Positions 47,701 through 59,336 of a stretch of DNA of 64,000 nucleotides are shown here, in pieces; position 1 is the first letter of the stretch; every line of letters begins with the position of its first letter. Origin of the DNA: Lepidodermella squamata. Its lineage: Eukaryota > Animalia > Gastrotricha. The DNA lies in contig JBLDXI010000004.1 in the NCBI GenBank assembly GCA_047495785.1, forward strand, positions 930,001 to 994,000, written 5' to 3'. The position numbers and the translations under genes were made by a program. Below the pieces are notes generated by a model. That model had not been told where the DNA came from. It made no database searches and saw only the letters and a list, made by a program, of their open reading frames with translations.

Positions 47701-50700
47701 CATAATTTTAAGAGAAATACGGATGACTTGAAAATATTGCATATTATGCAAATGAGCCATAATGTTGAGATTAGCTTCACTTTATGACACACTCTTTCGA
47801 TTGTGAATTGTTGAGTTGCTCACTGCCTACAACTCTGCTACGGAACGCCGCCATTGGCTTTTTACGCGGGACCATCATGGTGGGACCCTGAGTGGCAGTA
47901 TGGACTGTATTTAGGTGGCAGTATGGGCTTTATCCGAAACTTTGAAATTTATCAGCTTCAAGAGTAATTATAGCGTGAGACGTGGCGATCTCTATCATCG
48001 CATTCTTTGTTTGAAGGTTAGGTGTTGCGCAATAGTGATCACAGTCAGCTTTCACCTTTTGAATTGCATAGGATAGATATAGGACTGAAATGGTTTGCCA
48101 CGTCACGATTTGGCAGGAGGTGAGTGGCTGTAGTAGCAAATAACATAATAGTGCTATTTGACAATGACTAAGGTAGACTAACAATGAGTCCCTCCTGAAA
48201 GAGGCCCTCCCAACGTAACTTGAATTTCAACATTCTGCCTTATTTGCATATGCGCACATTTTTTACGGCCTGGCAAACTTTTGACCTTTGACCTACAAGT
48301 GATGCCTGACCCTGCTTGCGATTAGCGGCGGATATTACCACCAAATCTGCAGTGTCCAAGTGTGAAAAAGCAAGTGTTTATGGTTGATTGATTGAAGATA
48401 GGGGATAGGGAATAGGGCCCAAGTCGATTTGCAGATCCTCGAAGTAACTGCTCTCCAGCGGCCTCGCTAGTGCGGCATGATGGCATTCCTATCCACGAAT
48501 TAGGTGGTGGCTTTGTATATTTAGTGTTGGAGTTGCTAATTTAGTGTTAGATAGGATTAGTGCGTGTGACTTTCAAATTTAGTGCTGGAACCTTAAATTT
48601 AGTGCTGGAACCTTATTTTTAGTAGGTGCAGTTGGCACACCCATTTTTTATGGGCGTCTTTCGAAACCACTTTTCGAAACAGTCAAAGATGTTATATGAT
48701 TGATCGGCATAATTTTCAATAAATCCTCTGCAAATTCAGCATAAAATTCTGTACAAGGCGCATTCATCACCATAAAATTCATACAACGCCTGAATTTCCT
48801 AGAAATATTCGAAAAGCAACCTTTCGCTTACCTTAAATTAGGTTCCGCAACAAGAAAATTTGGTTCCATTTGGTAATATATTTTTTTAATTTTTGTTTAT
48901 TTATTGATAAAAATTACAAAAATTACAAAAATTACAAATCAATCGAACAATTTATTTTCGGAAATAATTATTTTTTCATTAATTGGTCATTTATTTGTAT
49001 AAAATTAATTTCTAGGTTCATTGTGTTCATCGACCACGCCGTCATGCTTGAACGGCGGCTTCCCAGTGCCAGCCGCCAACGCACCCGGCAGCCCGACCTG
49101 CAGCCGATGCATCTGCCCAACGGGCCTATCAGGCGCCGACTGCTCAACCATCGGCGCCGCCCCATCGCCGTGCAACCAAGACCTCGTCGATATCCCACCC
49201 TGCAAACGCGTCTCCTTCGCCTTGCCGACGTACGCGAGCGGCGACGCGTGCACCCGGCGCTACCGAACCGCCGGCAATGGCTTCATCCTCGGCTTCGACG
49301 GCCGCCCCGGCCTGAGGTGCGGCGCCCTGAACAACGACCTGGCGTGTGAGGACTACGTCGAGGTGAGGGCAGTGGCGGCGGATGGCAAGTTGGGGCCGGC
49401 GAGGCGGTTTTGCGCGTGCGGCGTCACGGCTGGCCGCGTTGCGACCATCGACACGAATGAGGTCATCGTCACGTTCCAGAGCCGAGCGGCTACCCCGGGA
49501 ACGCGCGGCTTCAAGCTCAACATCTACGCCACTTGCCAGGTAAAAATATTGAAAATAATCAGAGAATTTGTGCTGATTTATTTTTTAATTAATCTTTTTA
49601 ATTTGGATAACAATTGAAAAAATTCTGAGAAAATTCGAATTAATCTCACCCTCAACTTTGAATTTTCAAATTTTAAAAATTCACAAAATTGAAATTTTGA
49701 TTTCGGGCAAATTAATGAACAAAAAATTTCGTTTGGTTTGAATCTCCGAAAATTCTGAACTTTGAATCGAACCTTTTGGGGGATTAAACATTCCCGACAG
49801 TTTGGCCAGTACAAATTTAAAAATTAATTCGAAAAAATTGATTATAAAACATTAGGAATTTTACTCAATATTATGAAAATTGGGACTGATTTGAGAATCG
49901 CAATTTTCGAACTCTTAATTTGAATGAACCTGTGTAGAAATGCCTGGAAAATTATTTTCTGAAATTTTGAAATATAGCCTTGGACCTGACCTCTGGACCT
50001 TTAATAAAATAGTTCATGGGATGGATAATCAATCGCTTGTCTCAACGATGCCATTGCTCCATTTATCTGAAAATCCTGAAAATGTTCATAATATTTTCAA
50101 AATTTCGAATTCGTAAAAACGAAATTTTGAATTTGCAGGAAAATGAAAAAATTAATTTTTAGTCTTTTGCTCAATTTTAATTTTTTTTTAATTTTTAATT
50201 TCTGAGAAATGGGTGATTTCCCGTGAATTCTTATATAAATTTTTTATGGGAATTATTCTTCCGAATATGAATTTCGTTGAATAATTTTTCATGCGTGTAT
50301 AGGGTGTTTCGGCTACGCACTACTCGAACCGGTGCCGCATCACTCCATCCGGCTACGACTACATCGGCATTAAAAGTGTCGCTGAGAACAACAAGACGTG
50401 CATGCCGTGGCCGCCGGGCATCATCGACGACGAGCTCAGCTACCCGATGGGCGATCGCCAGGCGTCGAAACACTACTGCCGCAACCCGTACCGCCAGCAG
50501 TCGGAGCCCTTCTGCTACACGGCGGCGTCTTACATCGAAACAGCTCAGTGCAATCCGATCCCGCACTGCCGTAAGCTACATTTCCCATCATTGACATCGT
50601 CATTTAAAAAATCCGATATAAATTGAAAGTGATATTTTCGAAAAATTTCAAAATATTTCAAATTTTTAATTTCAACCTTTCAACATTATTTAGAAGTTGG

Positions 50701-51732
50701 GTGAACAAAATTTCGAAAATAATATTAAAAAATTGCGAAAATTCCCAATTAAATCGCCAGAGAGAAATATACTATTTCCGATTTTTTAAAATCTAATACA
50801 GAATTTTCTGTATCTGAATCTGCTGGATTTTTCTCAAAAAGAAATTTCATCATCAAATCATCAGTTCCCAATTAGCAATTATAAAATTTAGCGAAAATTT
50901 TTAAATATCGTGATCTCTAGCTCCTGGACAACCGTTGCTAAGGTGGAGCATCGCACTATTTCATTTATTTTTTGATAGCCGCAACACGTTGTTTTTTCTG
51001 TTATTTTCAGACTCGACCGTTCGATGCAATCGGCGCAACGGCGACTTCAAGGCCTGTCGTGAATACAAGCCGAAGGAACCGAAATTCGGCTGCCACCCTG
51101 ACGAATCCACGGTTTGAATAAGACAATATGATTGAGGTTAAATTTGAAAATTCTATCTTTGAACCCAGTTGACGCCACTTCGTGTATTCCCGGACCCCGA
51201 TTCTTGCAATATTAACGTAACTTTTCTTGAAATCATAGCATTTTCAATAGATTTTATGTGAAAAATCTATGTTTAGGGTGTGAAAATGTGTTACGACATA
51301 GACAGCTCGACGATTAAGTGCGTTGAAACGTTCCGTCAATGCCCTGCCCCTACCAGAAAGGTTCGCGTCAAAATTGCAGCTTTCAGTGCGGAATCTTCTA
51401 ATTTTTGTGAAATTTAAATCAGATCGGCCACATTAGCTTGTACAAACGATTCGAGAAGAACATGCGCTTCTGTAAGATGGGCAAGGTAAGATTCCTGATA
51501 TTTTGGCTCATTGGTGATTCGATCCGATTTATAGGTTCCGCACTTCCGCTGTGTCACATACGCTGATCCGAATTCGTTCAAAGCCTGCCGACCTGTCAGT
51601 GTTGGGTGCCGCAAAAACGTCGAGGTAAGCAGCGACTGTGACCATTTCCACAAATATAATGCTGGACTTTATCTATAGTATTCGGTTGGCGAGTACGAAG
51701 ATGTAACCAGTTGCATTCCCGAGTGGCTATGA
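44795..51732 (+). CDS. Secreted mosaic protein ~692 aa: signal/pro region, astacin-like domain lacking HExxH, EGF, CUB-like, kringle, one Cys triplet
   Basis: 15 in-phase GT-AG exons: 44795-44869, 44919-44987, 45334-45523, 45642-45765, 45828-45930, 46272-46336, 46398-46618, 49016-49539, 50303-50570, 51011-51111, 51169-51216, 51277-51360, 51423-51485, 51535-51624, 51679-51732. Astacin traces KWDSPIFY, GF..EHTRIDRD, PFDFAS, LSLED; EGF CLNGG..CICPTGLSGADC; CUB CEDYVEVR..RFC..VTFQS..RGFKL; kringle GYDYIG..CMPW..YCRNP..PFCYT..IPHC. Confidence 0.88.
47349..48642. mobile_element. Mutator (MULE)-like non-autonomous element in intron 7 of the astacin-like gene
   Basis: 9-bp duplication ATTTTTTAT on both sides, GGG...CCC termini, imperfect long TIRs with repeated GGTTCCAGCACTAAA / TTTAGTGCTGGAACC. 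Confidence 0.7.
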
Positions 51733-52309
51733 AGCGAAAATGACAGCTTTGACTCGAGCCATGAGATTTCTCTTGATTTCTCTCTTGAGATTCTTGAATT
51801 CAACTATTTATTTTTCTCGCGACAGGACTCATGCTTTGAAAACTTCATAATCGAATATATTTATTTGAGTAAATTGTAAAATAAATAAATAAATAAATTG
51901 TTCGTAATCTTGCTGAATATCAACTTGACATTCAGCAAGATTACGAACAAGCTAACAGCGAACAAAATCATCTTCTTGGTATTTTTGGATCAATCAGTGA
52001 ATGCAAGACATTTTTTTATTGCCGACGAGCACAGGAAATAATATATCGATACCTTGAACGGTAGCGTTATATTTGAATTCCGGTTCACTCAACAAGTGAA
52101 TAGCTGATCAGTTTGAAGGAAATTCTACATTTTTCCAGGATTTCCATGGAAAAAAAATAAAAAAATGATAAAAGACGAGCAGTGATCACCTCGTCATGAT
52201 AGCTGCGTGCAAAAATGATATCGATACAATTTTTTAAAAGTGACTTTTTCAGTTTATCGAAGAAACTGTTGTAATAAACAGGGATTTCACATTCAATCAA
52301 GACCTGTTT

Positions 52310-52426
52310 ATGTCCAGGTCCAATGCTAATTCGTGCGCGGTGTGCGTATGGTCACTGTCTCTAAGGTGGCAATCGCAGCGGGCGGCAATCTTATGTCTTA
52401 CGGAGTTTGCGAAACCTATGTTGAAT
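52310..52426 (+). pseudogene. 3' remnant of a CTLD exon
   Basis: Ends GVCETYVE*, with a 3' flank similar to that after 53596. Confidence 0.5.
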
Positions 52427-53275
52427 GAGGGATATGTAAGGCATTGAGGCTGCCGTTAGCTTTTAAAATGGCTGTTACGTATGAGGATGATACTTTATAA
52501 TCTGCTGCAAACAAAATTCCAGTAAATATAACCGGACTTATGGTTTGGAGATATTTACTGACAGGCCGGATCTCGACTTTTCGACCGTCCTGGATCTCCC
52601 CCGAATGAAAAAAAATTGTTTGCTGCATTGGGAAAAGTGACTTGTAATTTCAAACAAAAATCGAGCGAAGCGAGGACATTTTGAAGATTTTCCATTGAGA
52701 CACGTTACAAAACCGGCGAAACAGCAAACATCGGGCTAGATTCATTTTATTGCCCAGCCTGGCCATCCCTCTGAAAATCGCACACTGAGATCCGTGCAAT
52801 AGCCAGACGAAGTCCTGGAATTGTTCTCTTTTTCACACGACAAGAAAGGTTTTCGCTGATCAGGATAATTAAATAGATGTTAGCCTTTTTGATTCGAGAA
52901 ATGAATGAAAAAAGTGATGACCTACTTGCGTAAAATCATCGTCGCTGGACGTGGAACAGCTCAGGTTCAATCGAAATTCAAGCAAATTTTCAAATCAGCC
53001 TAGCTAAACCTGCGACCAAGCGCAGTAATATTGAGCTGATTGAGCGTATAAGTGCGGAGTACAGGAAAATCATTGTTAGAAACTTCCAAGTGAGATCCAG
53101 AGAGTTCAAAAAGATGACCTGAGATGACCCTGTGGCGCCAGAGGGGCAAAATGTCGATTTTTCTGACCTGTTGTTTTTATGACTTTATGACAGTTTTCTA
53201 GTAATTCGACTACGCTGATTTCAGCGCAGCTCACAGAATTGTCTAATTCATTATAGTTTTGGAGATATGACATAG

Positions 53276-53596
53276 GGAAACCTGGCGCCGCCGCGTCCAG
53301 ATGTAGCCACAAAGTGCTCAGAACTAAGTGGCATCTTGTCAACTGTTAAAACAGCTTCCGACCTAGCCCAGGTTGCCAGCCTTTTACCCACCGCTAGCAG
53401 TGCATGGGCAGGTCTTGCTCCAGATGCCGGCGTCCTGAAATGGTCGGAAGGTTCTGCTTTCACATTCGATCAATCTCTGCTCGGCAACTCATTGAATAAT
53501 AATCAATGTGGCATTATTCTTTCTTCTTCTTTGTTGTATTTGACTGATTGCGAGAATGGTGTATTATTCGCAGCATGTGAAACCTATGTTGAATAA
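53276..53596 (+). CDS. Orphan C-type lectin-like exon (open frame, upstream exons not found)
   Basis: TKCSELSGILSTVKT..AWAGL..LKWSEGSAFTF..NQCG..TDC..AACETYVE*; same CTLD type as the family but divergent. Confidence 0.65.
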   Translation, partial: GNLAPPRPDVATKCSELSGILSTVKTASDLAQVASLLPTASSAWAGLAPDAGVLKWSEGSAFTFDQSLLGNSLNNNQCGIILSSSLLYLTDCENGVLFAACETYVE

Positions 53597-54721
53597 GTGA
53601 TTAAGGTCGCCGTGAGCTTTTACAATTGCTGTTGAAACTTTACAGCATATTAATGATACGTAAAAAGTTGAGGGCTTTGACAGTAACAGTAATAGTATAA
53701 ACCGAGCAATATATCATTTTCTCGTAGTTACGGTTCTCTCATGCATCACGCGAAGAATTGCCGATTTTACGCTAAGAGGGAAGTTAATCATCTTCGCCGC
53801 CTTCGCGTATTCCCGGACGTCGTCCGCTTTGTGCTGCCGCTTCGCGAGGACATCGAGTCTGTTTGGCTTTCCGCGTCGCCGCCAGTGAAGTCGCCTGTTT
53901 TCCTTCTCAACGCTCGCCTGCCGCCCGGCCCGCTCCCTGTCCCACGTTCGTCTCTCTCCTATGTCTTCTTCACCTTCCTGCTTATTTCCTTGTTTCCTCT
54001 TCTTATTGGTAAGAAACTTCTGTCTCTGCTTTCTTAATACTAATCACTAGCCTTCTGTCTTATACTGTGTCTGATAATTCCGCTCCTTGTGATAATCTCA
54101 GTGTGTGCCCGTCCGATGTTATGAGTGGCGCACTGTCCCGGACAAGTGCCTCATCGTCTTGTGCCCGCGCCTTTTCTCTTTTATTCTTCCCTTCCATCCT
54201 GTATATTTTCGTTAGGCATAATTCATTTTTTGGAAAAAGGACACAATAAAAAGCTTTTCGTTTCGTAATGCCCCATAGTTTCACGAGGTTGAGAGTTATG
54301 AAAGATAGTACAATCAGCAAAACTGCGTTGATAAGCGCAGAAAAGAATGGGGACAGGTTTTTTTCAAATTGTCGACAAATAGTGACAATATGAGCATGAT
54401 CAATCACAATGTTGACTTCAAACTTACTACACCTTTTTTCATTTGCATTTTCATAATGTGCAAAACCAATTTCACAAAGGCGATGTTTGATCGCGTGTTC
54501 TCATATTTAAATTTGATTTTTTTTCTCATTATTTTCATTTTATTACTCGCGCTACTTGAAGAAGCAGTTTCTATAAATAACACTAGCGCGCACTTCTCGC
54601 CAGTTTCTCCAAAAACTGTCATTGTTGAAACAGCAAGGCGCATTACGCTGCGTTCGCGCTCAACGGTGAAAACCCCAAATCTACAACAGCTAATCGAGAA
54701 AAAAGAGACTGAGAAAGCTAA

Positions 54722-55288
54722 ACTCAAGCTGCTAAACAAGCTGCTAAACAGAAGAAAAATCGCGATGCGGCAGTCAACAAGCGGCGCGGAAGGCCGATGA
54801 AGAACGCGGATAAAGACTCTGTTTTAGCGGCCGGTCCTCCACTGCCACTGCCGAATCTGTCCGGCTGTCCAACCTCATTTGGTGCGTCCTCATCATCGAC
54901 GTTTCATACGCTAGCCACGGGAATGTCCGTTTCTCCCGATTCGGCAGGTACCTCAAACCAAGGTTCATTTGGTTCGTTTGTTTCCGCGCCGCCAAATTTG
55001 CCGCCTGATACAACAGGATTTCAGGCCCCGAATGTGACTTCAATTCAACTGTACTGTCAATCCTCGCGTGCAAGAAGACAATGGAACCCGTACGAGATAA
55101 GCCTTCTGGAATGGGTCATCTGGTACTGCAATTCACTGGGTGATAAACCTTCGGAGCAGATGGTCGATGACTTTATCGCTTGGTTCCGCAATACTGGTCG
55201 GGGCGATTTTTCAGCTTTGCTGCGCCACAACTCTAGAGCGATTTCTTACAAAGCCAGCCAAGTCATCAGGGATCGCAAAAAAAAATAA
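54722..55288 (+). CDS. Second ORF of the transposon: AT-hook, Ser/Pro-rich linker, Myb/SANT-like C-terminus (5' part probably frameshifted)
   Basis: Frame of the 54797-55288 ORF is open upstream as TQAAKQAAKQKKNRDAAVNKRRGRPMK; C-terminal RRQWNPYEISLL..W..RHNSRAISYKASQV; AATAAA at the stop. Confidence 0.55.
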   Translation, partial: TQAAKQAAKQKKNRDAAVNKRRGRPMKNADKDSVLAAGPPLPLPNLSGCPTSFGASSSSTFHTLATGMSVSPDSAGTSNQGSFGSFVSAPPNLPPDTTGFQAPNVTSIQLYCQSSRARRQWNPYEISLLEWVIWYCNSLGDKPSEQMVDDFIAWFRNTGRGDFSALLRHNSRAISYKASQVIRDRKKK

Positions 55289-55419
55289 ATAAAACTTGAA
55301 TTTGAAGCGTTTAATTTGATGAAGAAGAAATAAATCATTACTTCAGGTGTTTGCTCCTCACAGTTTTTATTCAACTTTTAATTCTCGCCAATTTCGAAAT
55401 CGCAATTAATGTTTGATAT

Positions 55420-56480
55420 TTAATCCATTATTGGTTCGCTCGCGATGCAGGCTGGTAGATAGTTTAGCACATGGCGATCGCAATTAGCCACAAGTTCAGG
55501 TGTAATAACTGCACGAAGATGCCTTTCAATGATTTCACTCAAAAATTCACGACGGGTATTTTCTAGAACAGCGCCAACAACACGCGCAGCCTCGATAAGC
55601 TGGTAGTATTCCAGCCTAGGCATAGCTAGTTCGTTTTTTATCGCAGCTTTTACAGCTGAAAAAACGTTTTCGATAGGGTTCAAAAACGGCGAATATGGTG
55701 GGAGAAATTTGAACTGATGCAGCTCCCGCAGCGGAAAATCGGCGTCAGGATAATGGCTTCTCAAATTGTCCAGAATAATGACAGCTTCGTTTTGATGGCC
55801 AATTCGCTCGCTAGTTTGCGTGATAAACGTTGCGAATCGTTCACAAGTCATGCCCGTTTCAGAAATTTCGTAATAGACCAGCCCTCTAACAGGTGAAACT
55901 ACCACCACCACAGACCGGGTGTTTACCGGGAGAAGCTGTCGGCAGTAAAACATAGGCTCGCTGTCCTTTCGGCGCTCTGCCACGGCCGCGACGAGTCCAA
56001 AGCGAAACGCCAAATTCGTCTTGGTAGTAGTGAATTTGGCGATTGCGGATATCAGAGAACCAGAGCGCATATGCGGCTCGTTCCAAAATAACATCAGCCC
56101 GGTTGCGAGCAGCGGGATACGGGTGAAGACGTTTCATCGTAATTAGGGCGCCATCCAATTTTCTGTGGATCGTCGTGATCGAAAATTCTGCATTAAAATT
56201 TTGCAGCAGTCTCATCCTGAGATCCTCCAACGTCAGCTGGGAGTTTTCTTCGATTGCCCCAACTAAATGTTCAGTAAACTGAGCTTCCCAACGGCGGGGA
56301 GCACCTCCTCGATGCTCAGCTTCAATGCGAGCATCGGTGCGATATGTGTTGATGATATTATACATGGTTGTTAGAAATTCCGAGAACCTTTGCAGCCGCA
56401 TGAAAATCTTCGCCATTTTCGAAGGCAGTTACCAACCTTTCCCTGTCAATATTTGATGTCTTTTTGTACGCTCGCGGCAT
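55420..56480 (-). pseudogene. IS630/Tc1-like DDE transposase with two frameshifts
   Basis: MPRAYKKTS..AAKVLGIS (HTH-like), QLTLEDL..SITTIHRKL, QDEFG, ILDNLRSH, FLPPYSPFLNPIENVFS. Confidence 0.9.
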
Positions 56481-56491
56481 TTAAACGGATA

Positions 56492-59336
56492 TCGTTCACG
56501 TCGCGGAAAAACTCGCACTTCGGTTTTTTTTTCTGATTACAGTAATTTCGTATACAGTTTAGTTGACTGTATTTTTTGTACAGCTCATCTCGACAGTATT
56601 GTTTTCTACGGTATTACGGCTGTAGAATTTGTACAGTAAATACCGGCCGTACATTGGCATACAGTAATCACACTGTACTGATAAGTACTGCCAAATGCCG
56701 TATTTATTAGTACTGTCGAATGCACTGTACATAGATGTACGGCGAATAACTGTATTTATCATGTACAGCTGGGGCTGCTGTACCTCAATCTACGGCTAAT
56801 AACAGTAGCGGCGGTACAGTGAAAATCGTGGAATATGTATCTAAGTATGAATGGCTATAATCGACGGGTCATGTCTGATGAACGCGTTTGATAAAGCCTT
56901 TATACTCGTTTTGCCTCATTTCAGAGGCTGGTATTTGTTTCCGGGAAGCCGACCTACTTTACGGCGGCGACAAATGAGCTAGCGACAAAATAGACGCATA
57001 TCATTATTATAGCGTAAAGAAATTTCATGCCCTTGAACGTTTGAAAATTATTAAGGATCACACTGAATTCTCGGAATTCATAGAGAATAGAGTTACCAGA
57101 GATGAAACTCCTATTGGAAACTAGAAGTTTTAATTCTTTTGCCGATTTCGTAAAATTTCATTATGGCGGATCTTTTTGAAAGTCGCGCATGCATGTTTAC
57201 ATGTAAAAAATGGTGTTTTTCCACGCGCTATACCCACTATCCCCCATCATGGAATTTTTATTTTTTTATTTTAATCGAAGGGGATCGGTTTCATCTACAA
57301 CCAGTTCAAAGGAATCCGTACGGAAATGCACGGTTTTGACGCCATAGCGGTTTTCCCGAAGGTCACTTTTTGGGGGTTTAAAAATAGTTTTCGGCTTGAC
57401 CCCAGGGCCACATCCTTGATCGGACTATCGTTTTCTCTGCGACATAAGAGCCCATATCTAAATAAAAATTAGCAACATTTTAGCCGCGACGATTTAGCGA
57501 GACACGTTTCAGCCGTAAATGTGTATTTCAAAGACGGCATTCCCTCATTCGACATTTTAGTCAGCGACAATTCAGCCCTAATTACTCCCAATAACTTATT
57601 GGCCAATTGAGTGCGAAGCTCTGCCCATAACTATCCAACTCGTCGTAACTGCCTTGTTCGTTTCGTAAACACTATTCGGCCCGCTGTCAGCTCCCCTGTT
57701 GTAGAGGTGAAGGTCGCATGGATGTTGTAACCAGAAATGTCTTGACGCCCGAATAAAGAATTCATTGGCCAACGGTTTCTCCGGCTGTGGCGTGGCCTTT
57801 CAAGTAAGCTATGGGCGGGGCAGTTATTAAAAAAGCCCAATTTGTTGTTGAATATCAAAACTTAGGGCATAGTTGCGTCGGAATGGCAATAATTTCCAAC
57901 TGTCTTCATTTCACAGGGGGAGGGACAATTTTGCTTTGTGAAATCGGCCTTAATGATCGATTTTTCCGCCTAAGAGAGAGGTTTTAGACCGCAATTTTGA
58001 GCCGACAAGGTAAAAGATTAGGGAAATTCGTATTTTGAGGGCCCCGAGAAATTCCAACAGGGAAAAGGGAAAATCCGGCACAGGTCCTCAGCTAAACTGG
58101 TCCTAAAAATGAGGTTAAGGCAGTCTTTCCAAGTCGTTACTTCGATGTTGGTTGTTATGTTACGACCGAAGTCCGGTAAAAAAATTAAAAAAATGTTCGG
58201 CCACTCGACTTGGTCGATGAGCGCGGTCGGGCTCTGGCTCGCGCGCAATAAGTGTGAGCCGGAGCACGGCGGGACAATGCGCGCGCACGTCCATTGTTCT
58301 CGATTTGGGGCCCATTGTACCTGGGTTGACACCTACGAGCCGAAGCCCGACAAAGGTGTTTGATAAGAGAGATTGTAGGCCCGTCGCATCCCGGTCGACC
58401 AGAGCGCGACGTGGAAATCGACTGTGGCCACGTCGGGGTCTGATCGACCAGACCGCGATGTGGTCGCTTTCGGACTTCGGTCGTAACAGTTACATTGTAA
58501 CAAGCTTATTACATATAATTAGCTCAGAAATAACCACAAATTCCCACAAATGCGTTCAAAAGAACGCGGATGTGGTCAACACCGTTAAATTTTAAAACTC
58601 GTTTGGCCTGGTGTGAGGTATTTCCCGTTTGTTTCAACTGAACTTTTCTCACATTTTGTATGAACTTGCCACCCATTTTCACTTGATATGTTTGCAACAC
58701 GGTCTTCTCGATCTTTCAACCCTTTCAAGGCACGTGCAGCACATAAAGCTTTCAGACCGTTTAAAAGATAGTCGAATCAACTGACTTCTTTGAAACTTCT
58801 TTGAAACTTCTTTCAAACCTGGCTAATAGAACACACCTCTGGGCCCACCACTAGCTCAAATCATGAAGTTCTTGGGCTTGACCTCCTCACACCTCACACC
58901 AAATGGAATCATAATTTTGGATTTACATTGACGAGATTTCACCAAGATATAAAATGCAAGACTGAAAAAAATTGGTGGATACTTCTTTTTATCCGAAAGT
59001 TTAATTTGTAAGGTCATGCGTTGCAGCATTTTGATAAGTCCGACGGTACTTTTTTCTACAGTACTATGCTGTACTTTCAAATACTGCAAGCCGTACTATC
59101 AACTACGGCTGGATACCGTACAATCATATACAGTTGCTATCGACAGTACTTAGACTACAGTTATATTCCGCTGTACCAGATCATACGGTTGGCCCGCCGT
59201 ATTAGGAGTACGGTCGACAAAACCGTACTTTTTATACGGTAGAAATTACAGTACAACTCGATACAGCATGAGCCTACCGTACTACAAGTACTGTCGGACT
59301 TTTTCAGAAGTGCGAGTTCTTCCGCGACGTGAACGA
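56492..59336. mobile_element. Nested non-autonomous TIR element with TA duplication and TACAGT/ACTGTA-rich subtermini
   Basis: TA|TCGTTCACGTCGCGGAAAAACTCGCACTTC ... GAAGTGCGAGTTCTTCCGCGACGTGAACGA|TA; a further inverted pair TGTTACGACCGAAGTCCG lies at 58158/58488. Confidence 0.8.

Noticed and set aside
50921-50942. Extra micro-exon between kringle and Cys triplet
   Set aside because: Its 22-nt length breaks the frame; direct 50570->51011 splicing is in frame.
54369-54800. Membrane-protein ORF
   Set aside because: It starts outside the TIR and its hydrophobic stretch comes from T-rich subterminal DNA; only its 3' part may belong to ORF2.
54797-55288. Fanzor/TnpB cargo in the IS630/Tc1 element
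   Set aside because: No RuvC or zinc-finger motifs, and the ORF is far too short.
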